The notes: generated by a model from the letters alone, not told the origin. A stretch of 64,000 nucleotides of DNA from Chitinophaga pinensis (GCA_945860865.1 CAMARW010000005.1:4364-68363), one strand, 5' to 3'. Shown: positions 38,707 through 50,236, numbered from the stretch's first letter. Made by a program: numbers and translations.

Positions 38707-39744
38707 ATGCAAATAACTGCGCAAGAATTGGCCGTTTTACTCGGTGGTGAATTGATAGGCAATGGATCAACCGTTATTAATACAGTTTCAAAAATTGAGG
38801 AAGGAGCTACAGGGTCACTTTCTTTTTTGGCAAATCCAAAATATGAAGAGCACTTGTATCATACAAAATCTTCCGTAGTTCTGGTTAATAAGAGTTTTAA
38901 ACCCCAACAATTAGTTTCAACTTGCCTCATCTTGGTAGATGACCCATACGCTTCATTTACTTTTTTGCTAGAAAAATTTAGCAATCCAGAAACCCAGCTT
39001 TCTGGGCATGAACCCATGAGTTTTATAGATACTGAAGCAAAGCTTGGACTTAATGTTTATGTAGGTGCCTTTGCCTATATTAGCAAGGGAGTAGTTGTAG
39101 GAGACAATACCAAAATTTTTCCACAAGTTTTTTTGGGTGCTAATGTAAGAATTGGTTCAAACTGTATTATTTATCCAGGGGTTAAAATTTACCATGATTG
39201 CATTTTGGGTGATAATTGCATCATTCATGCCAGCACGGTAATTGGCAGTGATGGTTTTGGATTTGCGCCATTGGCAGACCGTTCTTACAAAAAAATCCCT
39301 CAAATTGGAAATGTACGCATCGAAAACGATGTAGAAATTGGCTCAAACTGCAGTATAGACAGAGCTACAATGGGTTCAACTATTATTAAAAAAGGAGTTA
39401 AATTAGATAATCTTATCCAAGTTGCACACAATGTGGAGGTGGGTGAACATACCGTGATGGCTGGGCAAGCTGGTGTGGCTGGTTCAACCAAATTGGGTAA
39501 ATATTCGGTAGTTGGCGGTCAGGTTGCTATCGCTGGTCATCTCCAAATTGCCGATGGAAATCAATTTGGTGGGCAGTCTGGCGTGAATGCAAATATCAAA
39601 GATGAAAATAAAAAGTGGTTTGGAACCCCTGTTCTAGAATTGCGCGATGCTCTGCGGTCTGGCGCCATAACTAGAAGGTTACCAGAGTTGCTGAGTAGAA
39701 TTGAGGCCATTGAAAAAGAGCTTTTAATGAATAAAAAAGCTTAA
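38707..39744 (+). CDS. lpxD: UDP-3-O-acylglucosamine N-acyltransferase
   Basis: SFLANPKY, hexapeptide repeats, IGSDGFGF, IDRAT, KLDNLIQVAHNV. Confidence 0.96.
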   Translation: MQITAQELAVLLGGELIGNGSTVINTVSKIEEGATGSLSFLANPKYEEHLYHTKSSVVLVNKSFKPQQLVSTCLILVDDPYASFTFLLEKFSNPETQLSGHEPMSFIDTEAKLGLNVYVGAFAYISKGVVVGDNTKIFPQVFLGANVRIGSNCIIYPGVKIYHDCILGDNCIIHASTVIGSDGFGFAPLADRSYKKIPQIGNVRIENDVEIGSNCSIDRATMGSTIIKKGVKLDNLIQVAHNVEVGEHTVMAGQAGVAGSTKLGKYSVVGGQVAIAGHLQIADGNQFGGQSGVNANIKDENKKWFGTPVLELRDALRSGAITRRLPELLSRIEAIEKELLMNKKA

Positions 39745-39810
39745 TTTTTTTTTTATTCGAAAAAAAGCACCACTTATTAACCACTTTTTGTTTTTTTTGC
39801 AACATTATTT

Positions 39811-41196
39811 ATGAAACAAACAACTATTAAAAAATCTGTGAGTGTAGAAGGAGTTGGCCTTCATACAGGGCAGTTGGTAACTATGACGTTTAATCCTGCA
39901 AAGGACCATTACGGCATAAAGTTTCAGCGGGTAGATTTACCAAATATGCCATTTATTGATGCAGATGTTGACAATGTTGTTGATACATCTAGGGGAACTA
40001 CACTTGAGCAAAACGGTGCCCGAATTGCTACAGTAGAGCATGTTATGGCTGCTTTGGCCGCCCTTGAAATTGATAATTGTATTGTGCAAATAAACGGTGG
40101 AGAAACGCCTATCATGGATGGCAGTTCTCAGTTTTTTATGAAAGCGCTAAAACAGGCTGGAATTTTAGATTTAGAGGCTGACCGTGAATACTTTAATATT
40201 CCTCAAAATATTTATTACACAGAGTCAGATAGAAATGTTGAAATGATTGCCATGCCTTTAGATGATTATCGTTTAACAGTGATGGTAGATTATAATTCAC
40301 CTGTTTTGGGCTCGCAACATGCTTCAATAACCAGTTTAAAAGAGTTTGAAACGGATATTGCGAGCTGTAGAACTTTCTGCTTTTTACATGAATTAGAATT
40401 ATTGTACAACAATGGTTTAATAAGAGGTGGCGATTTAAACAACGCCATTGTAATTGTTGACAGGGTTATTGAAGACAGTGAGCTAGAGAATCTAGCCAAA
40501 ATGTTTAATAAGCCTAAGGTTGAAGTGAAAAAAGAAGGCATTTTAAATAATGTGGATTTGCGTTTTCATAACGAACCTGCTCGTCATAAACTATTAGATT
40601 TAATTGGCGATTTGGCACTTATTGGAACCCCCATTAAGGCCCAAATTATGGCTGCTCGTCCCGGACATGCAGCAAATATTGCATTTGGAAAAAAGATTAA
40701 GGCTTTAATTAAAAAAACTAGAAGCACGGTGCGTGTTCCTAAGTATGATGTAAACAAAGAGCCACTTTACAATTCGGTTGCTATTGAAAAAATGTTGCCA
40801 CACCGATTCCCTTTTTTAATGATTGATAAAATCATGGAAATGGGTCAAAATCATATAATTGGTATAAAGAATGTTACTTTTAATGAGCCTTTTTTTCAAG
40901 GCCATTTTCCTGGTAACCCCATTATGCCCGGTGTGCTAATTATAGAAGCCATGGCGCAATGTGGTGGCGTGCTCATTCTTTCAAAAGTAGAAGATCCCGA
41001 AAATTATAATACCTATTTCATGAAAATAGATAATGCTAAATTTAAAGAGAAAGTGGTTCCCGGCGATACACTAATTTTTAGATTGGAACTAATTGGACCT
41101 ATAAGACGCGGTATTTGCATTATGAAAGGAAGCGCTTTTGTGGGTGATAGGCTAGTAGCTGAATCTGATTTAATGGCACAAGTTGCAAAAGGATAA
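39811..41196 (+). CDS. lpxC: Bifunctional LpxC deacetylase / FabZ dehydratase
   Basis: [21 protein letters not shown] fused to [21 protein letters not shown]. Confidence 0.96.
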   Translation: MKQTTIKKSVSVEGVGLHTGQLVTMTFNPAKDHYGIKFQRVDLPNMPFIDADVDNVVDTSRGTTLEQNGARIATVEHVMAALAALEIDNCIVQINGGETPIMDGSSQFFMKALKQAGILDLEADREYFNIPQNIYYTESDRNVEMIAMPLDDYRLTVMVDYNSPVLGSQHASITSLKEFETDIASCRTFCFLHELELLYNNGLIRGGDLNNAIVIVDRVIEDSELENLAKMFNKPKVEVKKEGILNNVDLRFHNEPARHKLLDLIGDLALIGTPIKAQIMAARPGHAANIAFGKKIKALIKKTRSTVRVPKYDVNKEPLYNSVAIEKMLPHRFPFLMIDKIMEMGQNHIIGIKNVTFNEPFFQGHFPGNPIMPGVLIIEAMAQCGGVLILSKVEDPENYNTYFMKIDNAKFKEKVVPGDTLIFRLELIGPIRRGICIMKGSAFVGDRLVAESDLMAQVAKG

Positions 41197-41198
41197 AT

Positions 41199-41984
41199 AT
41201 GATACATTCACTAACCAATATAGACCCCAGCGCAAGAATTGCTGAGAATGTTAAGATTGATCCTTTTACCATGATACACAAAGATGTAGAAATTGGCGAA
41301 GGAACATGGATTGGTAGCAATGTTACTATTTATCCAGGTGCCCGAATTGGTAAAAATTGCAGGATTTTCCCTGGTGCAGTTATTTCTGCTATTCCGCAAG
41401 ATTTAAAATTTGATGGCGAAGAAACCTTAGCTATTATTGGGGATGGTACTACAATCAGAGAATGTGTAACCATTAACAGAGGTACCAAAGATAAATTTAA
41501 AACAGAGATTGGTACCAACTGTTTAATTATGGCTTACACACATTTAGCGCATGATTGCATCGTTGGAAATCAAGTAATTATTGCCAATGGCGTGCAGGCT
41601 GCCGGGCATGTTACCATCCAAGATTTTGCCCGCATTGGCGGCTTGTCTGCAATACACCAATTTGGTATTGTGGGCAGAAACGTAATGATTGAAGGCGGAA
41701 GCATGGTTAGTAAAGATGTGCCACCATTCGTAAAAGCAGGCAGATACCCATTAACTTATGAAGGTGTAAACGCCGTTGGTTTGCGCAGAAATGGTTTTAG
41801 CAACGAGAAAATAAACGAAATTCAAGACATTTACCGGATTTTATTCATACATAATAGAAATTTGAGTAAAGCACTAGAAATGGTTGAAAAAGAACTACCT
41901 GTTTCTGCCGAGCGTGATGAGATTTTAAATTTTATTCGCAATTCAGAAAGAGGTGTTTTAAAAGGGTTCAACAACGGAAAGTAA
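41199..41984 (+). CDS. lpxA: UDP-N-acetylglucosamine acyltransferase
   Basis: PQDLKF, IRECVTINRGT, HLAHDC, KDVPPF. Confidence 0.96.
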   Translation: MIHSLTNIDPSARIAENVKIDPFTMIHKDVEIGEGTWIGSNVTIYPGARIGKNCRIFPGAVISAIPQDLKFDGEETLAIIGDGTTIRECVTINRGTKDKFKTEIGTNCLIMAYTHLAHDCIVGNQVIIANGVQAAGHVTIQDFARIGGLSAIHQFGIVGRNVMIEGGSMVSKDVPPFVKAGRYPLTYEGVNAVGLRRNGFSNEKINEIQDIYRILFIHNRNLSKALEMVEKELPVSAERDEILNFIRNSERGVLKGFNNGK

Positions 41985-41993
41985 GCTTAAATT

Positions 41994-42614
41994 GTGCAAA
42001 TAACCCTCAGCGATATCGGTAAAAAATTCAACCGCCAATGGGTGTTTAAAGGTATAAATCTCGAGATTTCATCCCAACAAAGTTTGGCTTTAGTGGGTAA
42101 TAATGGCTCCGGAAAATCTACCCTTATTCAAATTATTTTTAATTTTCAAACCTACTCCAAAGGCTCTATCAACTATTGGCTGAACCAAAAACTTTTAACC
42201 GAGGAAGAGCTAGTTGGCAAAATTGCATTTGCCGCGCCATATTTAGAACTATTTGAGGATTTTACGCTTATAGAAATGTTGCAATTTCATTTCAAGCTTA
42301 TTCCCAAACAAGCAGATATTAGCTTGGAAGAAATGATAAGCAACGGTGGCTTAGGCGGACAAGAGAATAAGGCAGTAAAATATTTCTCCTCTGGAATGAA
42401 ACAGCGTTTAAAATTGCTAATGGCTGTTTATGCAGATACTCCTTTGTTATTGTTGGATGAACCCTGCTCTAATCTCGATAATCAGGGAATAGAATGGTAC
42501 CGCAATTTGGTTCAAACCCAATTAAAAAAACGTACTATTATTATTGCAAGCAACCAGTTATTTGAATATGACTTTTGCGATTCAACCTTATCGGTGCAGG
42601 ATTTTAAGCCTTAA
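41994..42614 (+). CDS. ABC transporter ATP-binding protein
   Basis: GNNGSGKST, FSSGMKQR, LLLDEP. Confidence 0.92.
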   Translation: MQITLSDIGKKFNRQWVFKGINLEISSQQSLALVGNNGSGKSTLIQIIFNFQTYSKGSINYWLNQKLLTEEELVGKIAFAAPYLELFEDFTLIEMLQFHFKLIPKQADISLEEMISNGGLGGQENKAVKYFSSGMKQRLKLLMAVYADTPLLLLDEPCSNLDNQGIEWYRNLVQTQLKKRTIIIASNQLFEYDFCDSTLSVQDFKP

Positions 42615-43713
42615 TTAATTTATCTATTTCTGCTGATGCCAGTAAGGCTGCATTTTTGTTTTGAAACAAATGATGTAGTTCTTGGTAATCTTCCAATAAT
42701 TTATTGCGTTTGTTGCCGCCCAATAATATTGCTTCAAATTCTTGTTTTAATTGACTCAGCTGATAATTGTTTTGGATAAGTTCTTTAACTGCCTCGCGGT
42801 TGAGATTTAAGTTAACCAACGAAGCCCATTTTACTTTAACCAATAAGGAGGCAATAAAATAGGTGAGGGGTTGGGCGGCATAAACGCATACTTGCGGAAT
42901 GTTCATAAAGGCTGTTTCTAGGGAGGCAGTGCCGCTGCAAACCACTGCGGCTTCGCTGTGTGCTAAAATATTACGTGTTTCATCAAATATAATGGCAGCT
43001 TGGTCTTGGGTTAAAAATTGTTGGTAATAGGCTTCACCCAAACTAGGCGAACCCGCTATAATAAATTGATATTGCGGGTAGGCTTGAGCCAACAAAAGCA
43101 TAGTGGGTAACATGCGTTTTACTTCTTGTTTTCTACTTCCCGGTAACAAAGCAATAATGGGTTTATTTTCTAGCTTGTGTTCGATTTTAAAATTGGTGGA
43201 TTTTTGGAAGGTACTAATTTGGTCGTACAGCGGGTTGCCAATATATTTTGCGTTTACTTTCCACTTTTTAAAATAAGCGGTTTCAAAAGGGAAGATGAGC
43301 AGTAATAAATCAACATTGGCTTCCAATTGTTTGCCTCTTTTTTCGTTCCACGCCCAAATTTTAGGGGCAATAAAGTAGCAGGTTTTGATATTGTATTTGC
43401 GTGCAGCTTTTGCCATACGCATGTTAAACCCCGGGTAATCAATTAAGATGAGAACATCTGGTTTGTAGACCGAAAATTGAGCCTCACATCGCCTCATATT
43501 GGCTTGTATGGTTCTAATATTTAATAGCACTTCTACAAAACCCATTATGGTAATATCTTTAAAGTGCTGAAGCATTCCTGGCGCCACAGCAGCCATTTTA
43601 TCTCCACCCCAAAAAGCAAATTCTGCGGCTGGGTCTGTGGCCAAAATGCCCTCCATTAAACTAGCCCCCAATAAATCTCCGCTGGCTTCTCCTGCTATTA
43701 AAAAATATTTCAT
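42604..43713 (-). CDS. lpxB: Lipid-A-disaccharide synthase
   Basis: AGEASGD, IDYPGFN, LLPGSRKQE, SGTASLE. Confidence 0.95.
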   Translation of the reverse strand: MKYFLIAGEASGDLLGASLMEGILATDPAAEFAFWGGDKMAAVAPGMLQHFKDITIMGFVEVLLNIRTIQANMRRCEAQFSVYKPDVLILIDYPGFNMRMAKAARKYNIKTCYFIAPKIWAWNEKRGKQLEANVDLLLLIFPFETAYFKKWKVNAKYIGNPLYDQISTFQKSTNFKIEHKLENKPIIALLPGSRKQEVKRMLPTMLLLAQAYPQYQFIIAGSPSLGEAYYQQFLTQDQAAIIFDETRNILAHSEAAVVCSGTASLETAFMNIPQVCVYAAQPLTYFIASLLVKVKWASLVNLNLNREAVKELIQNNYQLSQLKQEFEAILLGGNKRNKLLEDYQELHHLFQNKNAALLASAEIDKLIKA

Positions 43714-43792
43714 ATAATTTATATGTAGGCAAATTTATCTTATTTGATTTATTTGCCTATTTTTTCTTACCTTGCTTTAAAATAAATTAACG

Positions 43793-44692
43793 ATGGCTGA
43801 TACCAATAAAAAAAATAATAATAATTCGCTTACGCTTTTATTACTGCTATTAATAACCTCTGTAGGTGTTAATTTTTATCAATGGAAAAGTCATAATGGT
43901 ATGGTTGTTTCTCATGGCAATGAGGTAGATAGTTTAAACACCATGCGCATGAATGTAGAGCGCGAGCTTGGGTTAACGGTCATAGAATTAGAGAAATATC
44001 GCGGCATTGCAGGTAATTTGGATACTTTGTTAAATGAGGCCAATAGCCAAATTGCCAAACAAGAATCTGTTATAAAACAATTACTTGCTTCAGAAAAAGA
44101 TGGTAAAAAATTAAGTACAAAGCTAAAAACAGAAATTGCTAAATTGCATAAACTGCGCGATGAATATTTAGATAAAATTGATAGTTTAATAGCAGAAAAT
44201 GATCGATTAAAATCAGAAAATCTAAACCTCAATTCGCAGGTTGAAAATCTGAATGAACAGAAAAACTTACTAGCTGGTAAAGTAGCCACAGCCGCTCAGT
44301 TAAAAGCAGAATACGTAAAGGTAAGTTCATTTAAAAAACGTAGCAATGGAAAATATACAGAAAGTGCCATTGCCAAGCGAACCAATAAATTGGAAGCCTG
44401 TTTTACTTTAATGGATAATAAAATTGCAGGTACGGGCGATAAATTAATTTATTTACTGATTACCGCGCCCAATGGTAAAATATTAATGTCGTACACCAAA
44501 GCCCAGTTTACAGACAGCGAAGGCAAATTTTTGGATGCCACCGCTAGCATTAAAGTAGATTATACTGGAGCCAAGCAAGACTTATGTTTATCATACGAAA
44601 ACGATGAGCGTATTTTAGAATCGGGCACCTATCAAATTGGTATTTATGCCGATGGTTTAATGGTGCATCAGAGCAACTATATTTTGCGCTAA
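43793..44692 (+). CDS. Membrane-anchored coiled-coil protein of unknown function
   Basis: N-terminal TM, long heptad region, C-terminal beta domain (ESGTYQIGIYADG). Confidence 0.8.
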   Translation: MADTNKKNNNNSLTLLLLLLITSVGVNFYQWKSHNGMVVSHGNEVDSLNTMRMNVERELGLTVIELEKYRGIAGNLDTLLNEANSQIAKQESVIKQLLASEKDGKKLSTKLKTEIAKLHKLRDEYLDKIDSLIAENDRLKSENLNLNSQVENLNEQKNLLAGKVATAAQLKAEYVKVSSFKKRSNGKYTESAIAKRTNKLEACFTLMDNKIAGTGDKLIYLLITAPNGKILMSYTKAQFTDSEGKFLDATASIKVDYTGAKQDLCLSYENDERILESGTYQIGIYADGLMVHQSNYILR

Positions 44693-45195
44693 GCTTTCTT
44701 TTTCTGTAGCCTTTTTAACAAAGAGCTTTTTATTCCGGGCGAGAGTGTTGCTAAGTAAGTGTCTTGTAAAAGCAGGCCAAGCTCTTGTTTTAATGCTGGG
44801 TATTTATCACTAATTCGTAATAAAACTTCCATAGCAACCGCCCTAACAGACGATGATTTGTGAATTTGCAGCCAAATTTGCATGCAATAATCGTACAATT
44901 CTCCTTCTATTTTATCGTCCCAATCCACTAAAAACAAGAGTTTAAGCAATTCTCTTTGGTGCCCATCTTTTTTGTGTGGTATGGCATTAACCAGCTTTTC
45001 TAAATAAGGTAAAAAGTGCGGGTCGTTTTGAACCAAGCAACATTGCAATAGCCAAGTGGCTCGCCAGCAATAGGGTTGTTTATTTGATAAGGCTAACTCA
45101 AAAGCCTCGGGAATGTAATTTGTATGTGATCGCAAAAAGGCAATCATTGCCTCTTTGCGACCTCTAATCATACTATTTTCTAGTGGCGTTTCCAT
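44689..45195 (-). CDS. Hypothetical helical-repeat (HEAT-like) protein
   Basis: Helical pattern, WRATWLL, RELLK; co-oriented with dinB-gldC block. Confidence 0.7.
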   Translation of the reverse strand: METPLENSMIRGRKEAMIAFLRSHTNYIPEAFELALSNKQPYCWRATWLLQCCLVQNDPHFLPYLEKLVNAIPHKKDGHQRELLKLLFLVDWDDKIEGELYDYCMQIWLQIHKSSSVRAVAMEVLLRISDKYPALKQELGLLLQDTYLATLSPGIKSSLLKRLQKKKA

Positions 45196-45250
45196 GCTGC
45201 AAGTTTGGGTTCAAACCCAAATGAACGGCTTTATGGGAGTATAAATGGGG

Positions 45251-45772
45251 TTATTTACCAATATATTTTTCTTCAATCATATTGCGGTGATGCAATTCAT
45301 GGCCGGCAATAATATAAGGAAGGCTGCTAACAGAGATAGATTGTCCGTTTGCTTCACCCATTTGCTCCCACATTTCGGGCGTAAAGCTTTGAAACAACTC
45401 GATGGTGCTGGCGCGAAGCAGCGAATATTCTTTAACAATACCTAAAATTTTACGTTTGTTGGCACCGCTGTTTTGGGCAAATAGGTTTTCGTCGAAGCCG
45501 GGCAAAGGTGTTTTATCTTTGCGTGCAATGCGCAGGGCTCTGTAGGCAAAAATTCTTTCGCAGTCTATCAAATGTAGCAAGATTTCTAAGATAGTCCATT
45601 TGCCTTCTTGGTAACTACTGGCTAATGTTTCATCATCTAAACTGGTTACTAAATCAATAATATCCATAGTTTGAATTTGTAGTTCGCCGAGGATATCTTT
45701 GGTTTCTGGAACCAGGTTAATGTATTTCCAATAGTAGGTTGGACATTGTTCTATACTGGGTTTAGGTATCAT
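45251..45772 (-). CDS. DinB family protein
   Basis: KWTILEILLHLIDCERIFAYRALR, IAGHELHH. Confidence 0.9.
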   Translation of the reverse strand: MIPKPSIEQCPTYYWKYINLVPETKDILGELQIQTMDIIDLVTSLDDETLASSYQEGKWTILEILLHLIDCERIFAYRALRIARKDKTPLPGFDENLFAQNSGANKRKILGIVKEYSLLRASTIELFQSFTPEMWEQMGEANGQSISVSSLPYIIAGHELHHRNMIEEKYIGK

Positions 45773-45782
45773 GCCTTTTTAA

Positions 45783-46151
45783 TTAGTGTTGGTGATCTGG
45801 CCCAAATACATTGGCTTTATGTCCGAAATGGTGCACAAAATCGCGCATTTCATCACTGAGTTCTTTGTTTCCAGTGGCTTTTTCGAAAGTATCGGCCATG
45901 GTAGCAAGGGTTTGAAACATAAATAAGTTCATTTCTTCTACATTCATATCTTGCGTCCATAAATCAATGCGCATGGCATTTTGTTGTAGGCCATCAAAAA
46001 TGCTCAACATCATTCCTTTGGCGCTTTCTTTGCCATCAAAATCTGCATCATCTGCGTCCCATTCTATATTGATAGGAAGGTTTTCGTTGTCTAAATGAAC
46101 ATCAATTCTAATTTGAGAAGTTTTAGCAACAGGCTTTTTTTCTACTGTCAT
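45783..46151 (-). CDS. gldC: Gliding motility protein GldC
   Basis: LDNENLP..IEW, RIDLWTQDM.VEEM..F.FQTL..MADTFEKAT. Confidence 0.88.
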   Translation of the reverse strand: MTVEKKPVAKTSQIRIDVHLDNENLPINIEWDADDADFDGKESAKGMMLSIFDGLQQNAMRIDLWTQDMNVEEMNLFMFQTLATMADTFEKATGNKELSDEMRDFVHHFGHKANVFGPDHQH

Positions 46152-46157
46152 GTATTT

Positions 46158-46496
46158 TTAAGATAAATTGGTTTTAAGTTCTAATAGGAAAGTTTTTAAT
46201 TTGAGTAATTTCAATTTTATTTCCTCCGCTGGATCTTCCTTTGAAGGTTTTATTTTTAGTTTTTCTTGGGCACCTGCAATAGTAAAGCCCTCCACTTTTA
46301 TTAGCTGAATAATGCGTTCTAATAAATGGATGTCATCTTTGGTAAATTTCCGGTTTCCGCCTTTTGTTTTGATGGGATTTAAAATGGCAAACTCTTTCTC
46401 GTAAAAGCGAATAAGTGAACTTGCCACATTTAATTTATTTGCTACTTCTCCTATAGAATAGTACATTTTTTCAATGGTATCTTCCCTGTTTTCCAT
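46158..46496 (-). CDS. MerR-family HTH protein
   Basis: YYSIGEVA, SLIRFYEKEF, GNRKFT, GFTIAGA; ATG 46496. Confidence 0.9.
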   Translation of the reverse strand: MENREDTIEKMYYSIGEVANKLNVASSLIRFYEKEFAILNPIKTKGGNRKFTKDDIHLLERIIQLIKVEGFTIAGAQEKLKIKPSKEDPAEEIKLKLLKLKTFLLELKTNLS

Positions 46497-46506
46497 AAGA
46501 TAACAA

Positions 46507-47475
46507 TTAATCAAATGACTGTCCTTCGCGTGAGGCAATGCTACGAATAGCCTGAAACTCTTCTTCTGTAATACCTTTAAAGAAGTAATTAATTGGATTC
46601 ACTTTATTTGCTCCCTTCACAACTTCATAGTGCAAGTGCGGAGCCGTAGAAGTTCCGGTTGAACCCACATAGCCAATAAGCTCCCCCCGTGTAACTTTTT
46701 GTCCTACCCTGGCTTTAATTCTGCTCATGTGGGCATACAACGAGGCGTATCCAAAACCATGGTTAACTACAACGTGGTTTCCATATCCACTGCTATTTTC
46801 GGCTGTACTGATGATACCGTTTCCTGTGGCATAAATGGGAGTGCCTTTGGGTGCTGTAAAGTCTATTCCAGCATGAAATTTATGTGTTTTAAAAATGGGG
46901 TGGATACGGTATCCATAACCGGAGGCGATGCGGGTAAGATCTTCGTTGGTAACAGGCTGAATAGCCGGAATACTTGCTAAAAAGGCTGTTTTGTTTTTAG
47001 CCAAAACAATCAATTCATCAAATGATTTTGATTGTACGGTAACTTGTTTGCCTAGGATATCAATTTTTTTATTCAAGGTCACAAGTTCCTCAGCGTTATT
47101 TAAACCTTCTAGGCTTCGGTATCTGTCTACTTCAGATTGAGTTGCCTTAATTTTATCAATATCTAAGGGTTCGGCTTCAAAAATAGCCCTATAAATATTG
47201 GCATCTCTTTGATGAAGATCTGCAATTTGGACACCCAATTCAGCAACTTTTTTATGAAGGAATTTAATTTGAATCCGGTATTGTTCGTTTTCTTGTTTCA
47301 ACGCACGTTCTTTAGGAGAGTCTAAAAAACTGTATACGCCAAAGGCCATAATGCCACCAACTACAGTAGAAGCCGACAAAAACCCAAAGACCCGCAAAAC
47401 CACAGACCATATGCTGGTACCCACTTTTTCAAAGTCGAGTTTTTGAGGATTATAAAAGTATTTTATTTTTGCCAA
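46507..47475 (-). CDS. M23 family metallopeptidase
   Basis: HAGIDF, GYGNHV, LYAHM, STAPHLHYEV. Confidence 0.93.
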   Translation of the reverse strand: MAKIKYFYNPQKLDFEKVGTSIWSVVLRVFGFLSASTVVGGIMAFGVYSFLDSPKERALKQENEQYRIQIKFLHKKVAELGVQIADLHQRDANIYRAIFEAEPLDIDKIKATQSEVDRYRSLEGLNNAEELVTLNKKIDILGKQVTVQSKSFDELIVLAKNKTAFLASIPAIQPVTNEDLTRIASGYGYRIHPIFKTHKFHAGIDFTAPKGTPIYATGNGIISTAENSSGYGNHVVVNHGFGYASLYAHMSRIKARVGQKVTRGELIGYVGSTGTSTAPHLHYEVVKGANKVNPINYFFKGITEEEFQAIRSIASREGQSFD

Positions 47476-47618
47476 TGTTTCTCTTTTTTGTGTAACTCAA
47501 ATTCAGCTTCTTTGCATTATGAATTAAAAGTTGCTTGGTTTTGTTTTACTAAAACGAAACCAAAAATAAGTGATTCTGTGTAGAACCTAAATAATTAAAT
47601 TTAATAATCTGAATATCA

Positions 47619-50228
47619 ATGTCAAATTCGAGCCAAATACGTAAGCAATTCCTGGATTTTTTTGAAAGCAAAGGACATCAAATAGTTCCATCTGCACCTA
47701 TTGTGGTAAAAAACGACCCCACTTTAATGTTTACGAATGCTGGTATGAACCAATTTAAAGATTGGTTTTTAGGCAACGAGGAACCCAAATATAAACGTGT
47801 AGCCGATACTCAAAAATGTTTGAGGGTAAGCGGTAAGCATAATGATTTGGAAGAGGTTGGTGTGGATACCTATCACCATACCATGTTTGAAATGCTGGGT
47901 AATTGGAGTTTTGGTGATTATTTTAAAAAGGAAGCCATTGAATGGGCTTGGGAATTGCTAACCGAAGTATACAAATTGCCTAAAGACCGTTTGTATGTTA
48001 CCGTTTTTGAAGGTGATATTAAAGAGGGCTTGGCGTTCGACCAAGAAGCATTTGATAATTGGAAACTTTGGATCAGCCCGGAGAGAATTTTAAATGGCAA
48101 TAAAAAGGATAATTTCTGGGAAATGGGCGATACGGGTCCGTGTGGCCCTTGCAGTGAAATACATATTGATTTGCGATCTGATGCCGAAAGAGCAGCTGTT
48201 TCTGGGGCAGATTTGGTGAACAACGACCATCCTCAAGTGATTGAGATTTGGAACAATGTGTTCATGGAGTTTAACCGCAAGGCAGATGGCAGTTTGGAGA
48301 AATTACCTGCCCAGCACGTAGATACCGGGATGGGTTTTGAACGCTTATGCCGCGCTATTGAGGCCAAACAATCAAATTATGATACCGATGTTTTTGTGCC
48401 TTATTTAAAGTTTATTGAACAGCAAACAGGCGTAAAATATGGGTTGGCCGAACCAACAGATATTGCCATGCGCGTGTTGGCCGATCATATTAGAACCATT
48501 TCTTTTGCCATTTTAGATGGTCAATTACCATCGAATACTGGTGCGGGTTATGTTATTCGTAGAATATTGCGACGAGCCGTGAGGTATTATTATTCTTTCT
48601 TAAATACCCAAGAGCCCTTGTTATGGAAAATGGTTAGCCTAGTGGGCGAATCATTTACGGATATATTCCCTGAAGTAAAAGAGAAAAAGCAGTTTATTGA
48701 GCAGGTAATTAAAGAGGAAGAGTTGGGTTTCTTGCGTACCTTGGAAAATGGGATCAAACGATTGGAAAAAATTGAAGGTGATATCAATGGGGAACTTGCT
48801 TTTGAGTTATTTGATACGTATGGATTTCCGATAGATTTAACCCAACTTATTGCCCGTGAAAAAGGATTTAAAGTGGATATTGCCGGTTTTGAAAAGAACC
48901 TGCAATTGCAAAAAGAGCGTTCAAGAAAGGCTACAACACTAGAAACAGATGACTGGGTAGTATTAGAAGAAAACGACCAAATACAATTTGTTGGTTACGA
49001 TACCTTGGAGGCTGAGATTAAAATTATGCGTTACCGCAAGGTAAAGAGCAAAGGTAAAGAGCAGTTTCAAATGGTGTTTAACCAAACTCCGTTTTATGCA
49101 GAGAGTGGCGGACAAGTTGGCGATTCGGGTGTTATTGAAAGTGCTAATGAGAAAATTACGATTTTAGATACCCAAAAAGAGAATAACCTAATTATTCATA
49201 TTGTGGCTCAATTGCCAGAAAATCCAAGTACGGTTTTTGTGGCTAAGGTAGATGCACAAAAGCGTAAACTGACAGAATCTAATCACTCTGCCACGCATCT
49301 GTTGCATGCTGCTCTAAGGGCAGTTTTAGGTACCCATGTAGAACAAAAAGGTAGTTTGGTAAACAGCGATTATTTGCGATTTGATTTCTCCCATTTTAAA
49401 GGAATGAGTGAGAATGAATGGCAAGTTGTGGAGCAAATGGTAAACCAGAAAATTAGGGAAAATATTGCTTTAAATGAGCGAAGAAATGTACCTATTGAAG
49501 AGGCCAAATCTATGGGAGCGATGGCCTTGTTTGGAGAAAAATATGGCGATAGCGTGCGTGTGATTACTTTTGACTCAAACTACAGTGTGGAGCTTTGTGG
49601 TGGAACACATGTGAAAGCCACCGGCGAAATTGGGTTGTTTAAGTTTAAGAGCGAAGGTGCTGTGGCAGCAGGCGTGCGTAGGATAGAGGCTATCACTTCG
49701 TTGGCGGCAGAAAAGATGGTTGCCGAACAAGAAAGTGTATTGCAATCGGTAAAATTGGTTTTAAAATCAAACGATATACTTAAATCTGTTGAAGCACTTA
49801 TTCAAGAGAAAAATGAGCTGCAACGCAAGTTAGAAAATTTTGAAAATGAACGCACACAGCAAATAAAATCCCAATTACTGGATAAAGTTGTGCACCATAC
49901 CAATGTATCTAGTTTAATTGCAATGGTAAATGTTAGTAATACAGAGCAATTAAAGAACTTATCGTTTCAGTTAAAACAAGAAGTACCCAATTTATTTTGT
50001 TTGCTGGTGATGGAAAATGCAAATAAGCCCTTTATTAGTTTAATACTAGACGAAGCTTTGGTAAACAGCAAGCAATGGCATGCCGGAAACCTAGTGAAAT
50101 TGTGGGCCAAGCATATTCAAGGTGGGGGAGGCGGACAAGCATTTTATGCCACTGCGGGTGGTAATAATTTGGCAGGTTTGGAAATTGTGCTAAAAGAGGC
50201 TGAAATCTGGTTAGAAGGAAATTTGTAA
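47619..50228 (+). CDS. alaS: Alanine--tRNA ligase
   Basis: LMFTNAGMNQFK, HHTMFEMLGNWSFGDYFK, DTGMGFER, HSATHLLH, ELCGGTHV. Confidence 0.98.
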   Translation: MSNSSQIRKQFLDFFESKGHQIVPSAPIVVKNDPTLMFTNAGMNQFKDWFLGNEEPKYKRVADTQKCLRVSGKHNDLEEVGVDTYHHTMFEMLGNWSFGDYFKKEAIEWAWELLTEVYKLPKDRLYVTVFEGDIKEGLAFDQEAFDNWKLWISPERILNGNKKDNFWEMGDTGPCGPCSEIHIDLRSDAERAAVSGADLVNNDHPQVIEIWNNVFMEFNRKADGSLEKLPAQHVDTGMGFERLCRAIEAKQSNYDTDVFVPYLKFIEQQTGVKYGLAEPTDIAMRVLADHIRTISFAILDGQLPSNTGAGYVIRRILRRAVRYYYSFLNTQEPLLWKMVSLVGESFTDIFPEVKEKKQFIEQVIKEEELGFLRTLENGIKRLEKIEGDINGELAFELFDTYGFPIDLTQLIAREKGFKVDIAGFEKNLQLQKERSRKATTLETDDWVVLEENDQIQFVGYDTLEAEIKIMRYRKVKSKGKEQFQMVFNQTPFYAESGGQVGDSGVIESANEKITILDTQKENNLIIHIVAQLPENPSTVFVAKVDAQKRKLTESNHSATHLLHAALRAVLGTHVEQKGSLVNSDYLRFDFSHFKGMSENEWQVVEQMVNQKIRENIALNERRNVPIEEAKSMGAMALFGEKYGDSVRVITFDSNYSVELCGGTHVKATGEIGLFKFKSEGAVAAGVRRIEAITSLAAEKMVAEQESVLQSVKLVLKSNDILKSVEALIQEKNELQRKLENFENERTQQIKSQLLDKVVHHTNVSSLIAMVNVSNTEQLKNLSFQLKQEVPNLFCLLVMENANKPFISLILDEALVNSKQWHAGNLVKLWAKHIQGGGGGQAFYATAGGNNLAGLEIVLKEAEIWLEGNL

Positions 50229-50236
50229 AAGTTTTA